Assembly (NCBI GenBank): GCA_965240325.2
Contig: OZ251242.1
Coordinates: forward strand, 1,054,001-1,118,000
Source of the DNA: Rebecca billardiae RCC1528
Taxonomy: Eukaryota > Protista > Haptophyta
Length of the DNA: 64,000 nucleotides
Reading direction: 5' to 3'
Shown here: positions 22,705-32,029 of the stretch, in pieces
Numbering within the stretch: the first letter of the stretch is position 1
How the letters are laid out: every line of letters starts with the position of its first letter
The notes under the pieces: model-generated
Database searches by the model: none
The model's input: only the letters and a program-made list of their open reading frames with translations
What the model was told of the DNA's origin: nothing
Position numbers and translations under genes: made by a program

Positions 22705-22936
22705 TTAGCGCGAAATGGCTGCCGTGCGACTGCCGCGCGTGTCAGCCCAGTACGACTGGACTGGCCGATTTCGTCGATCGGCGAAGTATTAGCAGTACTA
22801 CATATATCTCACTCACTCAGTCCGGCCAGTGTCGCGTCGTCTACAGTTTACGCTAAGAATAAGAGCAGACGCACACTGAGGCTCAGGCAGGCGAGACGCG
22901 ATAATAATGCGCGTATGTAGCCTAATACCGGTAATA

Positions 22937-22967
<31 letters not shown>

Positions 22968-23403
22968 TCGTATTATTAGACGATGACTGCGGCATGTATT
23001 AATAAATAATATTATTATTATTGTCCGTGCGACTACGCGCGCCAGGACCCAGGTCCCGCTGAGACGCCTACAGCCCTAGTACTGCGCCGCGGCTACGGCA
23101 CAGCCTGTGGCCGTGACGCCAGGCTACACACTACACAGTACACACGACGACCGGCCGCGCGCCTCGGCGCCGCACTCCGATGCCTGATGATGTGATGGCG
23201 CACTGCGTCACGCGGACCGTAGTCCGTACGCGGCGCTGCCACGTGAATGACCAATCGCATCGTCGTCGCGCGCCGAGCGCAGCCGCAGGGCGGCAGGCCG
23301 CCGAGGCGCCCTTGGAACCGTCGATCCATCAGTGACCATGATCGACGCGCCGTGCCCGTCTGGCCGTCACCCGCGCGGGCAGCTCTGCTTAGCCCGTACT
23401 CTG

Positions 23404-24695
23404 CTATGGTGGTGCGCCCGGCTGAGGTCCACCGGCCGGCGGTGCGGGCGCACCGGGTGCCGGTGGCATCGCCGGTGCGGCCGGGGGCGGCGCTCCCGGT
23501 GCTACCGCGCCCCCGCCCGGCCCCAACGGCTGCCCCCCCTGCTGCTGCATGTATGCCTGGTACTGCGCATACCAGGCCGCGTACTTCCGCTCATACTCCG
23601 CTTTGGCGTCGGCGCTCGCCGGCGCGCCAGCCTCCGCCGCTGGCGCACCGGCAGCCTGGGCGGGCGCGCCCGCCTGCGGCGCTGCGTCCGCGGCTGCGCC
23701 GGGGGCGGCTGCCGCCGCCGCCGCCGCCGCCGCCGCTGCTGCCGCCTGCGCCACCGCCCGCTCCTCCGCCTGCGCTCGAGCCTCCGCCGCCGCCGCCGCG
23801 GCCGCCTCCGCCGCGGCACGCGCCGCCTCCTCCGCGGCCTTCTGCGCAGCCAGCTCCTCCTCCTCGGCCTTGGCACGCGCGACGCGCTCGGCCTCGCGCT
23901 TCTCGGCCCACGCCTTCACCTCCGCCGCCAGCTTGTCCTCGCTGATTTTCTGTGCTCGATCGCGCACGCAGCAGCCGTGCAGGCCGCCCAGCGCACGCGC
24001 GCGCGCGCGCGCCGGCGGAGACTCGGCGCGTGGTCGGCGGCGGCGGGCGATGGGCGCGCGCGCGCGTGCTGGCGCGGGGTCTGCTACCGCGCGGCGCGCC
24101 TCAGCCCGCACGCACCTGCGCAGCCGGCTCCAGCTTTGGGTGCCGCTTCGACTGCTCACTCACCCAGCCTGGGGGGATCTTCCTGCGGAGCTCCACCTTG
24201 GTTGCCGCGCCCTGCGGCTTGTTCTGGTCGACCTTGTTCGGGTCGTCCTTGGCGACGTGGCGGTACATGCAGGACTGCGCCGCGCACGCGCAGGCGGGGC
24301 GGAGGGCGCGCGCGGCAGCTCAGCGAGCCCGCCGGCGCCGATCGCCGCGGCGTGCGCGCTGTCGCCGCGCCATGCGCACGCACCTGGCCGTGCGGCCCGC
24401 GCCGTGTGCACTTGCCCGTGTTGAAGAACTCGATGCAGACAGGGCGGGTCTCCTCGGCCTTGATGATCGGGAGCGGCCCACTCCCCCAGCGCGTGCCGTA
24501 TACCGGCGTCCCGAACAGGCCAAAGCCAGTTGTCGGATCGTACATCGTGTCGTCGAGCCCTGGCGGCGGCGTGAATTTGGGGATGGAAGGGAGTGGCACC
24601 TGCTCGGGCATCGTGCCGTCGGGACGCGGCTGGTGGTGGTACCGGCAGTTTGCGCGGTGGCAGCGCCCGTTGAGGAAGTCTTGGCAGACCTGCAT
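23404..24695 (-). CDS. Tandem CCCH zinc-finger RNA-binding protein (3 exons: 24695-24384, 24274-24164, 23949-23404)
   Basis: MQVCQDFLNGRCHRANCRYHH and CIEFFNTGKCTRRGPHGQ|SCMYRH across a GT-AG intron. Second intron has a GTGAGT donor. Charged helix and YAAWYAQYQAY motif in the C-terminus. Confidence 0.8.
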
Positions 24696-24876
24696 GGCGC
24701 CCGCCGAGCCGCTCGACGTGGGACAGGCGAGCGCCCAACTCGCTCGACGATCGATCGAGCAGTCTTTAGGCCGGCCCGGGCGGCGAGAAGGGATGGCGGC
24801 GCGGCGACGTGCGCTTGTAACGCTCCCGCTGCTTGCGCGGACTGTTGGGCAGTGTAGGCGTGTTGGCGCCGAGCCA

Positions 24877-27096
24877 ATGGCGTCGCCGCCGTCCGCGTGC
24901 GTGCGCACGACATTGGTCCTCCTAGCCGCGCTCGGCGTTGCGGGCTCGGCGAGCGACCAGGGCGCGTCCAGGGCTCCATCGGGCGCAGATGGCGCGCAGC
25001 GCGTGCCCGCGCCCATCGCAGACCTGCGCGACACGCAGGAGACCTTCCTCGCGCCCGACGCGGTTGGCATGCCTGCGGCCGCGCCCGACGACGCAAAGGG
25101 CCACGTGTTCGTGCTGAACACGGACATCCGGCTGCTCGCGTGCGACATGTGGCTCCTTCCCGTATCCCGCTCGATGGCCGTCGACGGCGCGTGGAATCTG
25201 CCCGCGTGCGAGCGCCCGCCCCGACCGCACGGCTTTGGCAAGTCGGCGCGGATCGCGCCGTGCCGTCCGAAGAGCGACGAGGGCGTGCGCCGCCGCAGCG
25301 CCGAGCGGTACCGCACGTACGCGCACCCGCTGCCGGTGCTCGCGCACGTGCTCTCTGAGCGCGGCGCGCCCTTGCTCTCCGTCGCCGAGCTCATGAGCAC
25401 GCTGCGCGAGTTCCTCGCGCACGCGGCGAGCCACGCGCATGAGTCCAAGTTTGGGCGCGCGCTGCCGCTGATCGCGCTGCCCATCTTCGGCTCGGGGCTC
25501 GCGTCGGAGGACGAGGAGAAGGGCGACCCGCACACGGGCTCGCTGATCGCGCTGATGCTCGACGAGCTCTCCGACTTTGTACAGGCGCACCCCATCGACG
25601 TCGCGCTGTGCACGCTCGACAACGCGGCCTTTGGCGCGGCGCTCAACGCGCGGCGCAAGCGCTCGCAGTCGTTTGGCGCGCGCTGCCCGCCGGACGCGCT
25701 GCAGAGGGACGAGTACCGGCGCGAGGTGCTGCGCCTCGCGGAGCTCTTCCTCGCCGGGCGCGTCTCGCTCTTCCTCGGCGCGGGCGTGAGCATCAACGCC
25801 GGACTGCCCGGCTGGTCTCGTCTGCTCGAGCAGCTCGCCCTTGAGCTTGGGCTCGGCGACGGCGACGGCGCGCAGCTGCGCACGCTGCGCGGGCTTGACC
25901 CTCTCGAGGCCGCGTCGGTGCTCGCGTTCAGGGCGGGCGGCGGGATGGAGCTCAAGCGGCTGGTCGCGCGGATCATCGGCAGCGCGAAGCGGCACTCGCT
26001 GCAGCACGCGCTGCTCGCCGGGCTCCCCTTCAGGGGTTGCATCACCACTAACTACGACGAGCTGTTCGAGCGCGCCATCCGGTGCACCGGCGGCGACATT
26101 GCCGTGCTGCCGGTCGAGATGGGCGCAGTGCGTGGGGCGTGGTGCCTCAAGATGCACGGCTCGGTGAGCGAGCCGCAGTCGATCGTGCTCACGCGCGCGG
26201 ACTACTCGCAGTTCTCGCGCGAGCAGGCCGCTTGCGAGGGCGTGCTGCAGGGCCTGCTGCTCACGCAGCACGTCCTCTTTGTCGGCTTTGGCATGCGCGA
26301 CGAAAACTGGTGTCGGATCTCGTCCGCAGTCAAGGCCTCGTTCAGGCCGCTCGACGTGCTCGGCGCCGGCGCCGGTGGCGCTGGTGGCGGCGGAGGCGGA
26401 GGAGGCCCGCGTGGTGCGGCACCACCAACGTCGCCGCCGGCGTGGCTCCCGCGGCCGCGGCACGGCACTGAGCCCACGGCCGACCGCCGGCACCCGGCGT
26501 GGTCGCAGCGGCCGCTCGCGCGCGAGCTCGACGCGGCGCCCGCGGCCGGCGGCGTGCCGGCGGCGGAGGACGAGGAGGGCCACACCGCCGCGATGCTGGG
26601 CACGGTGCTCTCGCTGCTGCATGACGACGCGCTCGACACGCTGTACCAGGAGCACATGCACGTGACCGCACTCGACCTGCTCGCGCCGCCCGCGCCGGCC
26701 AAGCTGGCGGACGTCGACCCGTTCGCGTGGCACGCGAGATCGCTCGAGATCTTCCTCGATCACGTGGTGAGCGCGGTCGAGTCGCGCACGTGCCGCATCC
26801 TCCTCAACAACAAGTTCTCCGCGCTGCTCTCGCCGAACACGCGCGCGCTGCGCGCGTGCGTCGAGGCGTTCCTCGAGACGCTGCCCGACGACGCCAAGAA
26901 GAGCGGCGCGTTCCAGCCCATCCTCACCACGCTGCTGTGGATGGGCCTCCGGACGGAGGCGGCGCGCGCGCTGATCTCAGACGACTCGTTCGAGGGGCCC
27001 TACTACCGCCGGTTGAGCCGGCTGGCTGACTCGCTGCCGCGGCACGTGAGCGCGTATCGAGAGGCAATGCATCGGCACCACCACCATCGGCAGTGA
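24877..27096 (+). CDS. Signal peptide + Macro-like domain + SIR2_2 (bacterial-type sirtuin/NADase) protein
   Basis: Hydrophobic N-terminus TTLVLLAALGVAGSA. Macro-like GHVFVLNTDIRLLACDMWLLP..IALPIFGSG. SIR2_2 motifs LFLGAGVSINAGLPGW, ITTNYDELFE, LKMHGS, IVLTRADY, LFVGFGMRDENW. Intronless. Confidence 0.82.
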   Translation: MASPPSACVRTTLVLLAALGVAGSASDQGASRAPSGADGAQRVPAPIADLRDTQETFLAPDAVGMPAAAPDDAKGHVFVLNTDIRLLACDMWLLPVSRSMAVDGAWNLPACERPPRPHGFGKSARIAPCRPKSDEGVRRRSAERYRTYAHPLPVLAHVLSERGAPLLSVAELMSTLREFLAHAASHAHESKFGRALPLIALPIFGSGLASEDEEKGDPHTGSLIALMLDELSDFVQAHPIDVALCTLDNAAFGAALNARRKRSQSFGARCPPDALQRDEYRREVLRLAELFLAGRVSLFLGAGVSINAGLPGWSRLLEQLALELGLGDGDGAQLRTLRGLDPLEAASVLAFRAGGGMELKRLVARIIGSAKRHSLQHALLAGLPFRGCITTNYDELFERAIRCTGGDIAVLPVEMGAVRGAWCLKMHGSVSEPQSIVLTRADYSQFSREQAACEGVLQGLLLTQHVLFVGFGMRDENWCRISSAVKASFRPLDVLGAGAGGAGGGGGGGGPRGAAPPTSPPAWLPRPRHGTEPTADRRHPAWSQRPLARELDAAPAAGGVPAAEDEEGHTAAMLGTVLSLLHDDALDTLYQEHMHVTALDLLAPPAPAKLADVDPFAWHARSLEIFLDHVVSAVESRTCRILLNNKFSALLSPNTRALRACVEAFLETLPDDAKKSGAFQPILTTLLWMGLRTEAARALISDDSFEGPYYRRLSRLADSLPRHVSAYREAMHRHHHHRQ

Positions 27097-27609
27097 TCGG
27101 CACCATCATCAACACTGAGGGACTATGGAGTAAGGTCACTGACGCCGTGATGAGGACCGCGCGCGGCGCGGCGTCGCCTGGGAAACCCAACTGTAAAGGC
27201 AGACCGTCAGAAGTCAGTTCGCGCGTCAACCCGAGCTCAATGATGCTGACGATGATGCGCAATCGAAATCCCCGGAATCGGCGCCGAGGCCACTTATAGT
27301 CTTAGTCATGATGACGACGTCGTGCGTCGTCATCGTGCAAAATCGTACGACTACTAATATACAGGCGGCGAGTACTATGTATATATATAGCGAGGAGCGC
27401 TGATCCTGGTGTTTGTCTCTGCTGCTCGATCTGCTGCTACAGCTTGCTGACTCTGACGCCTGCCCGTTGGCATACCACGTCGTTAATATATCGGCAAATG
27501 CGGCGCGAAGTGCACCGCCGCCAATTCTTTTGTAACAGGGGGGGGGGGGGGGGGGTCCAGATGGTGGGCCCCACTTTCACTTTGTCCGTTTGGCGGTGGC
27601 TGGCCAGGT

Positions 27610-28230
27610 AGTGCGGCACGTCCGTGCCGGGCCGTCTGCCGACGGGCCGCATTGAGCCGCGGTGGCGCCAGGTCGCCAAATCACGTGGTCGTGGTCCCAG
27701 ACAAGGTTGTTACTGCTAGTCCTGATCAGCTCGCTGGCCATGTCGGTCGATGATCACCTCGCCGTTGACAGGCGCGCACTCGCTACACACGTTTCGCACG
27801 GCACTACAGTGTGGCGGGCGGTGTCGGTCAGCGGTCACGCCGCACTGTACCGCGCAGTGCCAACATTGATCGTCAGACGGCACGGTGTGTGGGGTCAGAC
27901 AGAACATTGACTGGCCTGCACCGTCGCAAGGCATACCGAAGAGGTCAGCATGGCCGTCAGAAGGGTGATCCCGGTCCCTACTTGCCCATTCTTCCCATGC
28001 GAGCCTTACGGCTTACGCGCGCGCCGTCCGCACGAGGACGCGGACGTGGACGTGAGAGTGGTCGAAAAGTCGGAAAGGAAGCTGTCAGCATGCACACATG
28101 CTCGTACGGCGACGCCGACCGGCGTGTGGCATGCCCCCCGGTCCCGGACGTGCCACACGCGCCTTGGATGGTGGTGGGAGGGCATTCACGCCCGCCATGG
28201 CTTCCTTTCGAAGTGGGAAACTTCATCTTG
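27610..28230 (-). ncRNA. Candidate structured ncRNA, copy A (left arm of diverged inverted duplication)
   Basis: Homologous in reverse orientation to 28541-29145. Stems 28122-28131/28151-28160 and 27930-27939/27945-27955; the second gives G-U pairs on the minus strand. Indels break any shared reading frame. Family not recognised; ends approximate. Confidence 0.45.
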
Positions 28231-28540
28231 GACCCATAGTGCGAGTAGCCGCATAGTGCGGGGTGGGTTGTCACAGGTGTACAGGGTTAATACCGCTTGG
28301 ACGAATTTTACCTCGGATTCCTCGTAGGTGAACCCAATTACCTCCACCCTGCCTTCCCGCGCTTGGATTCATGTATTGACCTACTGGCACAGTTAAAAAC
28401 GTTTTTCGATTCCATCAAGTGTTCATCAATGACCGAGATGTGAACCTTCATCGAATAGCCCACAGTCCGGTGCAAATGGAAAGTTACCCCGAAGGCACGG
28501 AGTGTGAATAATAATCGAATCGCGGGGGGGGTTCCCACAG

Positions 28541-29145
28541 AAAGATGAAGTTTGAAGTTGGGCGGGATGATGCCTCGGGGGAAGCCGGAATGGCCGTCCC
28601 ACCGCGATCCAAGGCGTGAGTGCAACGTCCGGGATAGCGGTGGGGGCGGAGGGAGAGAGGGTGCACTCGCCGCGGTCGGCGTCGCCGTACGAGCGCGTGA
28701 GCGTGAGTGCCAGCTTCCTTGCGACTTCTCGACCACTCTCACGTCCAGGGTTAGGGAGGTTGCGCACGCGGGAAGGATGGGCAAGCCTGCCAAGTACTGA
28801 AGTAGCGGGCAGGCTCACCCTTCTGATGGCAGTGCTGACCTCTGGGGCATGCCAGGCGAGGGTGCAGACCTATCAAATGTTCTGTCTGACCCCGCAAGTC
28901 GTGAGTCTGACGATCAATGCTATTGGCTAGCTGCGCGGTAGTCGTGCGAGCGCCGTCCGACACCGGGCTGCCGCATGCGATTACGCGTGGAGTGTGCGCG
29001 CCTGTCAACGGCGGGGTGATCAACGACCGGCATGGCTAGCAAGCTGGCCAGGAATAGTAGCAGCCTTCTCTGGGACAGCGCCACGCGATTTGGCGACCTC
29101 GCCACGGCTTAATGCCCGTCCAGAGGCACGGACGTGCAGCACCGC
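28541..29145 (+). ncRNA. Candidate structured ncRNA, copy B (right arm of diverged inverted duplication)
   Basis: Stems 28616-28624/28662-28670, 28827-28836/28846-28854 and 28816-28821/28859-28864, the first two with U-G pairs on the plus strand. They are equivalent to the copy A stems despite sequence change. Confidence 0.45.
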
Positions 29146-32029
29146 CACTCTGCCACCACCGAAGTACCCGCCACCCGATCTGGCCGTACCGTACGGGTGG
29201 GTGGCGCGAAACAAGATCCCTGGCGAGCGCCACTGGGGACGCACGGCTTGGCGGCGCGTGGGTGCTCACTTCTCCGCCTCGGCTGGCAACACATACCAGT
29301 GTGGCTTCAGATGAAGTGTGGACCCGACTCGCGGGGGTCGTGCACGCGCGCTGCGGCTGGCCGGGCTCGAGCTGACTGCATCGAGGAGACGACGGAGGAG
29401 TGCCGAGACTGAGTGCGAAACTGCGAAAGGCACGAACCGACGAAGGGAGTACTGTAGCGTCACGCGCAAGCCCCAGTAGTTCTCCGCGTCGCTACCGCCC
29501 CGCTTGGCCCCATCGGAAGCATGCGTGCAGTGAGGGAGGCGACGGCAGCGTCAGTGATTGCCGCCTACAGGCTCCACCGCTCCGGCTCGCCAGCCGCTGG
29601 ATCCAGTGTCCGTGCGCGACGCTGCCATCCCTTAACGGACCGATCGACCACTCCACCTGGCAGCCTGGGCGGCTGGGGCGCAGGGCGCTGGGCCAGCCCT
29701 GCGCCGGCCTATAGGGCAGTTTACCTGACATGTCAGCCCTCTGCTGAGAATCAGCCGACACTGGTCAGCTGGTTGACAGATTGAGTCGGCTGACAGGCTG
29801 ATCACACTGTCAGCTGGCCGGCTGACACGTGTCAGACGAGCAGCCTGACACGGTGTCAGTGTGATCAGCCAGTCTGCTGAGTGCTGACCGCTACAGTACG
29901 CCTGTACGGTCGTTGGTCACTGACTCACTCACTGTCAGCAGGCCCATCTTGCGGATCATCTAGTGCCACACTGCTGAACTGCTGACACGTTAAGTGACGT
30001 GTCCGATCAGCCGGCTGTAAGCCGTCTGCTTCGGAAACGGAGCTGACAGTCACTCAGACAGCTGACAGGCAGCTGACAGACTCAGCCAGTCACTCGCGGC
30101 TGCGCGACTCGCGCCGCCATGGCCAAGCGACATAGGTCGGAGGCAGGCCCACTGCGAGGCTACTTGAGCCACTACTCAGACTAAGATGCGGCCGCCAGCC
30201 GCGGCCAGCGCCGCGATTCACCACTCACTACAGTATCAGTGCGCAGCTGAGCACCCTTCCTCCTCTGTGACGACAACTCACAACAGTGAACCAGCCGGCG
30301 CCCAACGGCCACTGCCACAGCCCACGGCGGCCCAAACAGGCCGACTGCGGCCGACGGTCGACGGAGGCGCCAGACTCACTTCATCTTCGTGTCAAACACG
30401 AACTCGTCAAGGCCTATTATTCGAGCTTTGTGCGGAGGGGCTTCGTGTCTTCTGCACGCCGCACCTGCCGCGAGTGACTACTGGCGAGTGTCAAAGTGCC
30501 ACCAAGCCACCAAGCGGTCCAAGCCTCTGAAGTGCTTTGCGTGAGCACCGACCAAGTTCCAGTCTTCCCGAGTCGCCGAGCCCCGGGCCCGGGCCTGCGC
30601 CTGCGGCCAGTGGAGACCCACGCTGCCGGGCCCAGGCGAGCGCCGAGCGGGCGCGAGCCTCGGTAGATCGGAGTTCCTGGGGGCCTGCCGGGCGCCGCCG
30701 GAAGGCGGGAAGGATCGAGAGCGGCTGACATCGCCAGTCGACCGGCCGGCCAGTCATCTGGTCGCTGGCAGTCAAGCCCACCACTCGGCTGACTGTGAGA
30801 CTGTAAGCCGAGCCGCCGACCACAGCTTGTCAGCTGGCTGACAGGCTGACACTGCTAGCTTGACGTTTGGCAACGGCGCGCGAGGCGCACGCGAGGCTCA
30901 TCCGAACGACTTCGTGGCTCGGCTTCGCGACGAGTTCGGACGGGGCACAGGCACCAGGGAGATCCATGTTATCAGCCGCGGCGAGGCTCGTCCGCGGGAG
31001 AACGTTGTCCTCGCGAGAACGATCCCGACAGCGGGAGCACATCGAGCGTTGGCCTGGCATCGGGGTTGCACATCAGTCCTGGTGCGACACTGCCTCTCGC
31101 CGCACCAGTGGGTCCTGCTCAGCTGCATTAGGGTCACTCACGCAGAACACGACGCGGCGGCAGGCCCAAGCGCGGAAAGGCTGACTTGATAGATCAATGA
31201 TACTGTCGAGGCCGCTCATGACCTATGCGTGTCTGCTCCGCTCAGCCGACCCGCAGTGGTGCCCGGGGCCGGCTGCGCGGCCAGCTGCTGGCGGCCCGTC
31301 CGGCCGCACAACCAGCCCTTCGTATGGAACGTACGCGTACGCGCCGTACCGAGCCCTGCAGGACCGTACGCGCACCCGTATGCGCAGGCCCACTCTGGCT
31401 GCCGGCCTTTGTGACTCAGTCCTGCCCCGCGCCCTGCGTGACTGCGTCCACCCAGCGATCACCAGGCCGTGCAGCTCTCAAGCGGCAGGGCGTCGTCCCG
31501 AGGGTTTACGGGTCCGGACGGACCGGACCGTGCCCGGTTTGGTCGTTTGGAGCACGGAGCACCGGCTGCACCACTACTTTCCGGGTCCGGAAACCTCGAG
31601 CTCGCCGCCGGACTGACTGAAGGTTACCTACCGTACGTCTGCACGGTCCAAGTGCGCACGTTATGAGCCTCGGACCGTCCCGGACTGAGCAGCTTCAAGA
31701 TCCGCGGATCACACCGTACTCTAGATACTACCAGCTAGATACTGCGCCCGGCTGGCGACTGGCGGCACGGGCGGGCTTTTAGAAAACTGTGTCAGATCTG
31801 AATTGCCGCATTCGGATGCTCGGCGGCCTCGGACCGACGGACCGTGCACCGTCGCCGTCGGAGGCCGCCGCCCGACGGTGGCCCGCGCGTCCGATGCCCG
31901 CGGCCGCCCGTCATGTATTACTCTCACCGACTCGGACCGCGAGACCGCGCGCTGGCCGTCAGGCCGCGCCATGCCCAAGCGGCACTCGGGAGCTCGATCG
32001 AAAGGCGCGAGGTGTATCGCCGGAAGTCG

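Larger units (their letters stand above)
27610..29145. repeat. Diverged ~600-bp inverted repeat with ~310-bp AT-richer spacer
   Basis: Identical reverse-complement blocks: 27760-27779/28994-29013, 27891-27908/28876-28893, 28047-28065/28729-28747, 28100-28120/28674-28694, 28218-28229/28542-28553. Confidence 0.92.

Noticed and set aside
23332-24876. N-terminal ~515 aa of the 1254-aa ORF
   Set aside because: Antisense shadow of the CCCH gene; the SIR2 gene plausibly starts at ATG 24877.
28747-28756. AGGGTTAGGG (telomere-like; CCCTAACCCT on minus) suggesting a telomerase RNA template
   Set aside because: It is absent from the paralogous arm, lies in a predicted stem (pairing with ACTTCTCGACC), and the G-U evidence favours the strand carrying the G-rich rather than the template sequence. 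Not fully excluded.
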